Assembly (NCBI GenBank): GCA_024704765.1
Contig: JAKMXF010000111.1
Location: forward strand, 1,437,627-1,501,626
Origin: Oopsacas minuta
Taxonomy: Eukaryota > Animalia > Porifera
Length of the DNA stretch: 64,000 bases
Direction of reading: 5' to 3'
The notes below the pieces were generated by a model. It did no database searches. It saw only the letters and a program-made list of their open reading frames with translations, and was not told the origin of the DNA. Positions 36,262 to 47,485 of the stretch are shown here, piece after piece; the stretch's first letter is position 1, and every line of letters starts with the position of its first letter. A program made the position numbers and the translations under genes.

Positions 36262-38262
36262 ATGAAATCAACAAAGAACGTATTCATCCTATTAACACTC
36301 GTATTAACAAGTCTGATAGTTTCAAGCGATGGACAGCCTGTGTGTGGGAATACCATAGTGACATGCTCAGAGGATGGTGATGAGCTAGACTGTGAAATTC
36401 GCGGGCAAGATACAGAAGCAATACAGCAGACAATCTACGAATGTTCCCAAGGTTCCTATGACTATCTTGAAATTGAGGTACGTTCGGGTGGTCGTGGTGT
36501 TACCTTATTATTGAATGTCCCTAGTAACATAAGAACTTTGAAAATAGACAATCCTTACGTAGCCCCATGCTTTGTTGAAACTTCTTTGATGAATTTTGAT
36601 GTAACAACTATTTTCTTTGATAAGAATGAAGTATTTATCAACCATAACGACTTCTTCATGTATTTCCCGAACCTGGAGTACTTCTATGCGGATGTTATAG
36701 GATCGAATTTAATGCCATTTTTTTCGCAGAATATACACATAGTAGAAATTGAAGTGGATAACTCGTTAGTAGTGGAAGAATCTAGTCGTGTCATTGATCA
36801 GACTATTGTAGGGGGTCTGAGTAAACTGGAGATTTTTCAATGGAATTTGGGCGGAATAACAAAATTAATGCCAAATTCGTTTATTGGGACTTATATGTTA
36901 GAAAAAATGAGCTTATCTGGTAATAACATTCATGAGTTATATGACTGTACATTCAATGGTTTATCAAAATTGACTCATATCAGCTTTTCTGAAAATAATA
37001 TAGATACGGTTGGAGAGTACACATTTATTGGCCTGGATGCCTTACAAATTATGTCTTTGAGGCTGAACCCATCATTTCCACTATCTACCCTCACACTAGC
37101 AAACACTATCAAATATATGTACCTCCATCATTATAATCCGGCGCTTTTGAATCCAGAATTTTTTCAACAATTTCCCAATTTAGCTTATGTATCTCTTTAC
37201 TACATATCATTCAATTGCACCTGCGAAACACAATGGATTTCCATTTTCCAAAACGAGTATAATGTCAACATAGGATTAGATTCATACAATTTTTGCTCCG
37301 GAAACCCGAACCTCCAAGTAGATGATCCCGCCCTTTATGCGAGCTGTAGTAACCCTAGTTATCAGTGTTTCGATCATTCATTAGTCTGTCAAGGGAGTAA
37401 TACTTGGTATAGGGTTGATACAGAAAATGGTTGCGAATGTACTTATCCACCAGAACGTGCCTTGTACAACAATAGCAATTTAGTATGTTCAGACTTAAAT
37501 GAATGTGAGGACAGTAGTATTACATGTCAGGGGAAATGCACTAATACATTGGGTTCTTACAAATGTGATTGTAGTGACGGATTTGCGAATCTCAATGAAA
37601 CGTTCTGTGAGGACGTGAACGAGTGCGATCTTGACAATGGCGGGTGCTTGCAGATTTGTAACAACACAGACGGTTCATTCAATTGTTCTTGTTTCGAAGG
37701 ATACGTCCTAACGGGATCTAAAGATTGTGCAGAGTCTGTTAGCATAAACGAAACTGAGGTAAACAATGGAAATTGTTCACAGGTTCAGACTTGTAATAAT
37801 ACAGTCAGTTTAATTAATGGAAATTGCTCGCAAGTACAGATTTGTAACAATACAGTCAGTTCACTTAATTGTTCCTGTTTTGAAGAATTTGTTATTTCCA
37901 CTTTGAACAATAGCACATGTGAATTAATTGATGGCGCCCTTACTAACCCTCAAATTTTGAACTTAAGCCAGACTGAATTAATCCTCGTCGCACTAGCTGT
38001 GATAATATTCATCCTAATCATTGGCCTTTTTCTAATAATTTTAGCTATTTCCTGCTGTCTTTATGTGAAGAGATCGTCATCTGTAGAGAAAAATTATCAA
38101 AGAAAAAATAAAGAAAAAGAAAAGTTAGAAAACAAGGTTGAGGTCAGGGATCGCCATCTTGTAATATCACAATATGAAGATTTAAAAGTTGATCCTAAGA
38201 CTGGGACAGATACTTTTGCCCCTGAAATGGGCACATCTTTGCCTAGAGTGGTAATTGTCTGA
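36262..38262 (+). CDS. Type I membrane protein: LRRs, LRRCT and Ca-binding EGF repeats, intronless
   Basis: Signal peptide from the ATG at 36262; LRRs (LEKMSLSGNNIHEL, LTHISFSENNIDTV); LRRCT FNCTCETQW; cbEGF DLNEC..CTNTLGSYKCDC and DVNEC..CNNTDGSFNCSC; TM LILVALAVIIFILIIGLFLIILAISCCLYV. Confidence 0.88.
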   Translation: MKSTKNVFILLTLVLTSLIVSSDGQPVCGNTIVTCSEDGDELDCEIRGQDTEAIQQTIYECSQGSYDYLEIEVRSGGRGVTLLLNVPSNIRTLKIDNPYVAPCFVETSLMNFDVTTIFFDKNEVFINHNDFFMYFPNLEYFYADVIGSNLMPFFSQNIHIVEIEVDNSLVVEESSRVIDQTIVGGLSKLEIFQWNLGGITKLMPNSFIGTYMLEKMSLSGNNIHELYDCTFNGLSKLTHISFSENNIDTVGEYTFIGLDALQIMSLRLNPSFPLSTLTLANTIKYMYLHHYNPALLNPEFFQQFPNLAYVSLYYISFNCTCETQWISIFQNEYNVNIGLDSYNFCSGNPNLQVDDPALYASCSNPSYQCFDHSLVCQGSNTWYRVDTENGCECTYPPERALYNNSNLVCSDLNECEDSSITCQGKCTNTLGSYKCDCSDGFANLNETFCEDVNECDLDNGGCLQICNNTDGSFNCSCFEGYVLTGSKDCAESVSINETEVNNGNCSQVQTCNNTVSLINGNCSQVQICNNTVSSLNCSCFEEFVISTLNNSTCELIDGALTNPQILNLSQTELILVALAVIIFILIIGLFLIILAISCCLYVKRSSSVEKNYQRKNKEKEKLENKVEVRDRHLVISQYEDLKVDPKTGTDTFAPEMGTSLPRVVIV

Positions 38263-39117
38263 ATGGCTTTAAATATTTTTGGTGGTAAAATCTTTAGTGT
38301 GTCTTTAGTTGTTTTTACTTCTGTCATTATCTACTCCAATTTTGTATTAATTGTAATTCTAGGCCTGTAAACAATTGTGGAAATGCTTTTGAAAATGTAT
38401 AAATTGTTGATAAGTTGGTTAATAATATAATTAAAGAACGCTCTATTAGAATATAATAATGAAACAACTGAACCAGTCATACCTTGATCGTAAAATGATC
38501 ACTTTTTACATTTACAGAAATATTAATTATAGATGTTGCATGCTCTTGATGACCTTCAAGGAATTCATCAATTTTTGATGCATCTAAAGAGGACGTCATC
38601 AAATTTAGACTAAATATATTCATCAAAAAGTTATACATACGATTCACCTTCTTCTACTTGCTTTTAAATAATGCACAAAAATATATAATCTATACTCATC
38701 GTAGATATCTGCATTTTAGCTAGTTTTAGCACCGCAAAGAAGTACTACTTAAGCATCAAATTTATTGTAAAGGAAATATATTACGATTCATTTTAACTAA
38801 TGATCAACAGATACTAGGAGATATTCAACATTTGGCTACCGACATTTTGGACAATTTTGAATGATTTTGGGTCTAAAGAATAATCATCAAAATAGATGAG
38901 CTATTTCAAACTCAACAAAAGAATTAGGCTAAAATTTTGATGACATTGAATCTAACCTCCATCTCTATGAATATTATTCATTAAAAATTTATAATCCGGA
39001 ATATTCAGCTGTTGCTCTATAAATTAGAGGGAATAATGTCTAGTGAGGTATGGAGCGCGATTTTATATCAAAGCAGGACGGAGCAGGAATATCAGGTTGG
39101 GGGCAAGAAATGAAGTT

Positions 39118-39144
39118 ATAATAATAATAATAATAATAATAATA

Positions 39145-39236
<92 letters not shown>
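39118..39236. repeat. Microsatellite (AAT)n switching to (ATT)n
   Basis: About 9 AAT units followed directly by about 30 ATT units. Confidence 0.95.
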
Positions 39237-40392
39237 CAAGTAATAAAGGATGTTGTTACGTATAATTAATATTAAAGGAATATTTTATCATTACCAGCCA
39301 GACAGCAATTGGTTGTAGAAGGAAATAATATCTAGGGGACTAACTTGTGTAATGATGTCCATAACTATTGAGTGTTAAGTTTGGCCGCAAAATCTAGAAT
39401 CCCAAATAGTAAGTACAGGTAATCCTCGCCGTTCGCGGGGGTTACATTCCTGAAAATTGCCGTGAACAACGAATACGCGAACGGCGAGACTATATTTTAA
39501 TTAATTAGAATAGTAGGGATACGTTCAAAGATTTCAAGACAGCTCCCAAACACTAATACAGTCAAAATAAATGCCAGACAATCGATATGAATTGAATAAC
39601 ATAGATGTTTCACTAATTGAGTCGAAAGTCTATAATTATATACTGAGTGGGCAAAAGAATCGCAAAAATGTTACTTTTACGAATACATTTCTGGAGTTCT
39701 ATCCAAATGTTCAATACATCGATAAAATCCATATATTAAAAAGTACTCAGCGAGTAGTTCAGCACGAGCAGAACTTGGCTTGAGAAAATCTACACCAGAG
39801 GTTGTCACTTCTTGTGTAGACTTTCTTTAAGCCAATTCTCTGACAAAATACAGAAAGTACATAAATAAATTGTTGGTAAAGAAACAAAAAGTCAAATTCA
39901 CATTGTAAATAACAATAATTTCCAGCGTGTACCTATCTGAGCATTCGACTCCTAGATTAAAATCACGTAATAGAATCACGTTTGTCAATTTAACATAACA
40001 TTTTCTTATCAATATACATTGCAACACCACCTCCTTTACACAACTTCTGGAACTATAAAAACCTTACCATCTTTTGCCAACTTTTCGCGACAGAGACTTT
40101 TAGTAACAAGATGGGTACAGGTAATAATATTATATTCTATAATTGTTGTGGTTACTGAATTAACCTTACAATTTTCTATAAGTAGAGAGTTCGAAATAGG
40201 GAGTGTAAATTTTATATCGCTAAATTTAATCAGAATTTGTTCAAGTAAGAGCATTCTATTATTTTATGAGTTATACAAAATTCCCGCCTACAGGTAACAA
40301 TTCGCAAGTAATTAATGTGTAGTCTATAATCCAACAAATTCAACATTCACAGACTATGGTCCTAGTGACACATATGATTATCTCCAGGTCCA

Positions 40393-41145
40393 TTGTCAGT
40401 GTTTTCAGATTCCTCCGAAAATGACCAAATCGTCAATTTATCGGATACATTTTCACCAGGACATTCCTCCACACCTAATGCTTCACTTTCATACGCTTTA
40501 GATGATGAAGAGTATGATGAGTTGGATAGTTACATAGGTAATCCTACACCTACTCCTAGTGAACTAGCGCTCTGTGAAACATCTAAGGGCGGATTTATGT
40601 TATTAGAAGGCGGTTTTTCTTTTACGAAACACCGCGTTACAAGAGATGTCACACGATGGCAGTGTGTTCACGGAAATTTCTGCAAAGGAAGGTTGCACAC
40701 TAAGGGGAATGAAGTAACAGCCAGAAAGAGTATTCATCCTCACGAGAGTAATACTTATATATTCTACAATAATCAAGCTAAAGCTGGAATGAAACGCAAA
40801 GCTTCGTCAAGCCAGGAAGCAACGCATTCAATCTTAACAGCTTCAATTGGGGAATTGAATGACAATCTGCTGTACATCTACCCAAAATAAATAGCTTGAA
40901 GAAAACTATAGTGAGGAGCAGAAATAAAGCCGAAAACGTTCCGCCTGAACCACTATCACTACAGTATCTCGAGATACTAGAAAGCTATACTAAAACAACA
41001 AAGGGCCAACAATTTTTGCTCTACGATTCTGGCGCGGAAAATGGAAATTTAATATGATTTACTCTCATCTGCAACTGTCTGGTTAGCAGATGGCACCTTT
41101 AAAACTGTGGCCAGCTGTTTTATCAACTGTACTTGATATATGCTT
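40393..41145 (+). pseudogene. FLYWCH zinc finger plus Mutator (MULE) transposase remnant
   Basis: SKGGFMLLEGGFSFTKH..TRWQC...CKGRLHT...HPH (FLYWCH); after a frameshift LPKINSLKKTI..FLLYDSG; after further lesions WLADGTFKTV..LFYQLYLI (first catalytic Asp motif of MULE transposases). Confidence 0.8.
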
Positions 41146-41543
41146 TGAAAGGAGGGCCGGATCTGATATTTTGGATGTTAAATATCTATTTGCTAAACAA
41201 TAGGTTCTTCTAGTGCTGTATAATATGGATTCATTGAATATCTAAGCCAATTATTTATATTATATTTATGAATAAAACATTTTCAAATTAACCATGGATA
41301 ATTTAAAAGACATGTATCGGACCCCTTGGCTTAAATTGCAAACTGGAAAATTTCGGCTCGCTTCGCTCCTCAATATTATTTAATCTCACCCATAAATAAG
41401 GGATATAGCTTGTATTGATATACCGAACTCGGTAATATTTTGAGTGTTCATACCCTTAGCAAATGCAGTGTTTTCCCCAGGCCGTTTTGGCTTATCGGGC
41501 TGGTATCCCTTCAGTTGTTAAAAAATATAGCCACCCATTTCAA

Positions 41544-41581
41544 TACTGTGCCGACTATACTAAAGTATAGTCGGCACAGTA
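41544..41581. repeat. 38-bp TA-bounded palindrome
   Basis: tactgtgccgactatact-aa-agtatagtcggcacagta (18-bp perfect arms). Confidence 0.9.
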
Positions 41582-41881
41582 AAAAGTAGAATTGACAATA
41601 CAAGTTATTATATCAAGGGTTATCGTACGATTTTCCGGCCGATGCCTCCATTGATAATAATATTTATTGATACTCTTCTCGTTGTTTGTTTAAAGATTTC
41701 ACTATTTAATCCTAAAATATAACTTTGACATTGAGCTATGACTGGTGAAAATTCCTCAAAACACATGACACATAAACCGATACGCTTAACAAATTCCTGG
41801 GGAGAACCCTGAAATGTATCCATCTTATTCATATACGCAAAGCACAAAGCCAATCGAAAATAATCAAACCAAATGTGTACG

Positions 41882-42179
41882 CAGGGCCGTAGCCAGAGCG
41901 TAGTGTTAGGAGGGGCTAAGTAAACTTTAGGGGGGGCTTGGATACTTAAGATTTTTATAACTATTTTTTGGGGTAGGCCCATACCCAACTCCCAAGCTAC
42001 TTTGGGGGAAGGTAAATTATGTATAGTCAATTTGACATATTCACAAAGATTTCCTTGATTTAACTAATATTTAAGATCTAAGATAATAAAGATCAATATA
42101 TCTTAGCAAAAATTTACGGGGTGGTTAAATTTGCTAGGGGGGGCTCAGCCCCCCTAGCCTCCCCCTAGCTACGGCCCTG
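41882..42179. mobile_element. hAT-like MITE with a perfect 8-bp TSD
   Basis: 12-bp perfect TIRs CAGGGCCGTAGC; TSD tgtgtacg on both sides. Confidence 0.9.
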
Positions 42180-42963
42180 TGTGTACGCAGTTATGAGAAA
42201 TTGTTTCAAGATTCAAACCTGCGTGGACTGCCACATACTGACAAAGGTAATTAATGTAGTAGCTATTATAGCTTATTGTCCAAGGGCTACGCCCCGTCAC
42301 GATTGGAAGACCTACAGCACACCAGACACCAAGCTGCGCTAACGTAGTGCCTATGTGACTGGGGGTCTCCAAATATTCTCCGAGCTACACATTACTCGAC
42401 CAGGAAAAACAACTTTCTGGGGCAATTGCAGGCCAAATGTTATTTCTTTCAATTGTTTGGCTCTTGGAGCTTACTGATTGTTTACAGCGGCCATAGGCTT
42501 TGAAATCTGGGGTGCACAAATTCAATCTGGTAGGAAACATCTAAAACTTGTTGACAACCAGATTGAATTTGTGCCTTCCATATATCAAAGCCACACGACG
42601 CAACTGCCCCGCTGGATGGTTCTACCCAACTAAAAATTTATTGATCCGCCACTGGGCATGCTCCTGCTAAAACCGTGAAACACCTTGCCCATCGTCCTGC
42701 CCCTTGGAAACTTCGTGCCCCCCCAGGTGAAAAATCCTGACGACATCCCTAGTTGAGAGTATTTAGAATTCATGTTGGAAGGTGCTAGAATTGCCAATTT
42801 TCATGGATTTTCTAGCTAGATTGGCTTGAGCTTAAAAGATGAGCATTTCAGTAGACTATTTGGATAACTGGTATGATGTTGGATTAGATTCGAGTTGGAT
42901 CTGAAGCAGGCTGTGAGTTGCTGAGAGTGTTTAGATTCAAAACAACAATAGTAAATGACTATA

Positions 42964-43205
42964 CACTCCCTGGCCAAAAGTATTGGAACGCCAGACCGCT
43001 AATGACGCATGTGACATATGTAACTTTGCGAGGATATATGTATTGAATAGTCTGTAGATATCAGAAAAGGCGATTGTAATGATAAAATTAATGATAGAAT
43101 TAAGTTCATAAATGTTTAAAACTATCTTTAGCCTATACAACTAAAGTATAATGCATATTTGTGTCAATTGTGGCCTAGTGTTCCAATACTTTTGACCAGG
43201 GAGTG
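42964..43205. mobile_element. Tc1-like MITE
   Basis: 26-bp TIRs CACTCCCTGG(C/T)CAAAAGTATTGGAAC (25 of 26 match); TA flanks. Confidence 0.9.
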
Positions 43206-43383
43206 TATTTCCTCGTGACCAATTTCCCCGTGAATGCATGCATTCGATTATCTAAAAATTGGACTAATACCGATTTTGATATTTGGACTAACGCAAACAT
43301 ATGAAATTTGGACTAATGCATGTGCCCCAATAAATTGTTTGATGGATTATACATCTGAGCGAAGTGATAAAAAAATATTCAAT

Positions 43384-43498
43384 TACAACCTGTCCCGACA
43401 ACTTAGCCTATTAATTAAATTTGTTTTAAACTTAACCTTTCATAGTGCCACTTTTTAACAAATTTAATTAATAGACTAAGCTGTCGACACAGGTCGTA
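43384..43498. mobile_element. Foldback/MITE-like inverted repeat
   Basis: 42-bp arms (43384-43425 and 43457-43498) with 5 mismatches; TA at the outer ends. Confidence 0.7.
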
Positions 43499-43955
43499 TT
43501 TTTTTTTCTATATCTAGTACAGTTAACAGGTTAACCGGTTAACCAGCTAACCGAATCCAGCCTTGCTTTCAACTACCTGTGGAAGCTTACGACCTGGTAT
43601 TATATATTGAAGCTACACATATTGGTAGGCATATCGCTAATTCCCCCCCTTACGTCCTCACCAATATTTCCAATGAAATGAGGAAAACCACTTCATGGTT
43701 CAGCATGGGTTGCCAAGGACAAAAAAGTCAATTAAGGCATGGCACCGTTTATTTGATTGTCACATTTCTTGCCATCCTCCTTCTATATGGCGTTATTAAC
43801 GATACTTAAGTATATTGTCCGGCAGTCGAATATAGTAATTTAGCATTTTTCTGTCTCTGGTCTGGTCTGCTGGACAAGCCTGCCTATGATAGTGCTTTAT
43901 ATATATTTACAAGATTCAGATTCTAATATTTTTCTTCACTCCCTTCAACTGTAGC

Positions 43956-46875
43956 ATGACATCACTTACTTCATCCTTTCTGCCAGCACTCAGGTCTCGT
44001 TTTAAGGTGTTTCTCTCTCCACACCTCCTGCGAACTGTTAGAGAGATAAGTTTCTCTGGCCAAGAGGTCACTACCGAATACACGACCAAACCTAAGCCAA
44101 GACCTGCTCCCGACAACCCTCTCACGTTTGGTACAGTTACTACAGACCATATGTTCATTACTAACTGGAAGCTCGGACAAGGTTGGAAGAATCCCAGGAT
44201 TGTCCCTTACCAGCCTCTGCAGCTAGACCCCACAGCTAAGGTGTTACATTATGCGATTGAGGTATTTGAGGGCATGAAGGCTTATCTCGGAGATGACAAG
44301 GAGCTACGAATGTTCCGTCCTATGAAAAACATGGATCGGTTACATAAATCTGCTATAAGAGCAACTCTACCTGTCTTTGACAAGACAGAACTCAAGGAAT
44401 GCCTCAAGGTAGATAAGATAAATTATAGTGGTATAGCTATTTGTGGTGTAAAATTATATCAAAATTTTGTAAACATCAATATTTATAGAAATCCTTTCGG
44501 GTCACCGTCAAGGGCAAGCTGGCTATACTATCCGCTAATTCATAATTGATCCCTCACAGCTTTTACGAGGAATTCGAAAAAGTATTTTTAGGAATTATAG
44601 TCCTTAAGGTTATTCACGTCTGATCTTCTGAATTATGCATATGTTTTACATAGATCCCAATATTTGACTCATCCAAATGTTGGTGATTATCCTTATACAG
44701 TCAGGTTCACTTATTGTGAACCCTGCTCTTTATTCAAGGGTGGCGGAAGCTGTGTTTCATCTAGCCCCCCCTCAGAGGGGGTATAAGCAGTAGGATTCAT
44801 GTTAACCCTCCCCTGACGTGTAAAGGGTCAGGCACCCCCATACAGTTAAATAGGCCATGGTCTGACTAGCCTGACCGTTTTCGCCACCCCTGTTATTAAT
44901 TAATTAATAATACCCGAAGCTGGCTACGTAAATTGAAACTGAAAGTAGATTTTTTCTATTTATAGTAAACCCCATAGCCAGATTTAGGATATTATATGAT
45001 TATTATTAATTATTATGAACAAGATTTTGTTTTTGTGGGGTTCACATTAATGAACCTTGACAGTAATTTGTAACCATATACTTGCATTAGGCGTATTTAT
45101 GCTACAGATTAATTACTATTCAGTGTAAGTAATTATTAATTATTCGAGTAAATACAGTACTCCTAGCCTCCTACCTTTTGTATAATGTAGGTATACTTAG
45201 CGCAAACATCACGCACCCACACAGCATGTTAATATTGTTACCATCCTTCTAGGCACTGCTTGAGGTGGACAGAGACTGGGCTCCAGATAGGAAGGAGTGT
45301 TCTCTCTACATTCGTCCTACAATAATAGGAGTAGATGCTAGTTTAGGGGTGAATGTGGCTACAGAAGCTCTCTTATATACAATTCTCTGTCCAGTAGGCT
45401 CCTACTACGGGGGTGGAAGCTTCGAGGCTGTAAGCTTATATGCTGACGAGAAGGCCGTGAGAGCCTGGCCAGGAGGAGCTGGAAGCAGCAAGCTAGGAGC
45501 TAACTACGCCCCTACAGTAGCTAGACAGGTTGAAGCAGCGGAGAATGGATGTGTACAGGTTTGTTATAACTTCTAAGTACAGTGCAAACTCTATAAATGG
45601 AGAACCTCTATAAGCGGGGAGTGGGGAATGGGCATACTTTAGAGATAATTATGTCTTTCACCATTGAAATTTACTTATATAAGTGAGGAATTCTACTATT
45701 GATTTTCTTGAATTATCATTTTTTGTGCTAAACTTGGATAGAAACACGTATTTATCGCTATGTTGAATTGAATTTTTTGGTTTCTCAGAAGAACATTTCT
45801 TACAATTTTATGTTTTCAATCAACAACGTATGGAATATTATATTAATCAAATATCATTGAAAAACAGTCGTTGGAGGAAGTGGCTATACATATTTGAATA
45901 AAATATTTGAATTTTAAATTATAAATGGGGGGTATCAGATTCGCCCCGACCTCCCCACTTATAGAGGTTCTACTGTAATATTAGCGATCGATCGGGACCG
46001 GGACTAAAACCGGGATTGAAGTAGATCAATTGATTGCTCTTCCAATATAAAGTTGTTCCTATCGGGGCCACTACACCCAGTGAATGTTACTTAGTCCATA
46101 GGGCGAAGAATCGCAAGATAGTAAAGTTACACTAAATATCGCATTGTCAATGTTGTATTTCACAAACACTGCCAACAATCAAAACCTAATTATAAACCAA
46201 TTAGATTCTACCAATTAGATTCTACCAATCAAATTTCCCCAGTTAGTAAGCCGTTGGCTTCTTACCAATATGATAATAGGAATTAGGAATTATACAAGTA
46301 CTTATTGCACCAGCGATAAGCAACTTTTGAGTTGTTCATTCTTGTGTAGGAATCTCGGAAAAATTATGGATATTTACCGGGATCCCGGTCGACCACTATG
46401 TAATATACATGTACATGTAATGATAGTAATTTGTGTTTGAAATTAGGTCTTATGGCTTTTTGGAGATGATCATGAATTGACAGAAGTTGGCACTATGAAC
46501 ATATTCGCATTTTGGGAGAATCAAAGAGGAGAGAGAGAGGTAATAACTCCTCCCCTATCAGATATTATCCTACCAGGTGTGACCAGAGATTCTGTGATAC
46601 AATTGATACGTTCCTGGGGTGATGTACCTGTAGTTGAGCGTACCTTTACAATGCAAGATGTGATGACAGCTGTGAATGAGAATAGAATGTTGGGACTATT
46701 CGGGACTGGTACAGCTTGTGTTGTTAGTCCTGTTAAAGACATTTTATACAGAGGAGAGAGGATTGCTATTCCCACCTTAGAGAGAGCCCCCGTTGTAACC
46801 AAGGTGTACAAAAATCTTACTGATATTCACTATGGTAGGACCCGTGCATTCAGTGAATGGGTAGAATTGGTCTAG
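43956..46875 (+). CDS. BCAT: Branched-chain amino acid aminotransferase, 3 exons, 395 aa, N-terminal mitochondrial-like presequence
   Basis: Exons 43956-44408, 45253-45558, 46447-46875. Motifs LTFGTVTTDHM, LHYAIEVFEGMKAY, SLYIRPT, KLGANY (PLP lysine), TEVGTMNIF, ILPGVTRDS, FGTGTACVVSPV. Confidence 0.95.
45580..45975. mobile_element. pogo/Tc1-like MITE in BCAT intron 2
   Basis: TA flanks. The right TIR reads CAGTAGAACCTCTATAAGTGGGGAG in reverse complement; the left end has a partly duplicated version (CAGTGCAAACTCTATAA..AGAACCTCTATAAGCGGGGAG). Confidence 0.7.
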
Positions 46876-47485
46876 CTACATGCTAGGGTATGTCTATCTG
46901 ATTACTCATTAGGATTATTTACAGTATCAACTGTTAGCTTCATCAACTCACTACATACACAGCCAGCTACTAATTTTACGAGCTAATCCGTCATTCGAAA
47001 GGCTATCATGTATAACAATAAGCTTGTCGAATTTTTATGTTAACTTATTATTATTCTCATACTTATCCAAATATATTGTAATCAGCACTTTTCAATATTA
47101 TCCATATTTCTCAGGAAGCGGTGTAGCAAAATATATCCCTGGGTGTACTGGCTATTTGAGAGGACAAAATTTAATAGATTAGAGCTTCTGGAGAGTTGTC
47201 CCAATGTCTTTTAGAGAGTTATTTGTGCAATTGTATTGTGGGTTTAGACTTTTTGAAATGATTAATCACGTGGTTGTACAGTTAAATTTGCTAACCCCCC
47301 CAGGTTCCACTGTAGTTAAATCATACTATAGACTTCCTTCAACTGCTAGTGAAGGGTAATCGAGTATGTAGAAGTAGAAGCTATTTCTTGTATATTCAAA
47401 TCTATATTAACAAATTTATTTCACATTGGGTTTATGTCTGCTCTAATTTAACCGTATCTGTAATCACATTTGTATAGCTAGATAG

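Noticed and set aside
39043-39243. Poly-Ile ORF
   Set aside because: It is a translation of the AAT/ATT microsatellite.
39415-39490. Tigger/pogo-like left end with an internal 13-bp inverted repeat
   Set aside because: No matching right end was found, so it cannot be delimited as an element.
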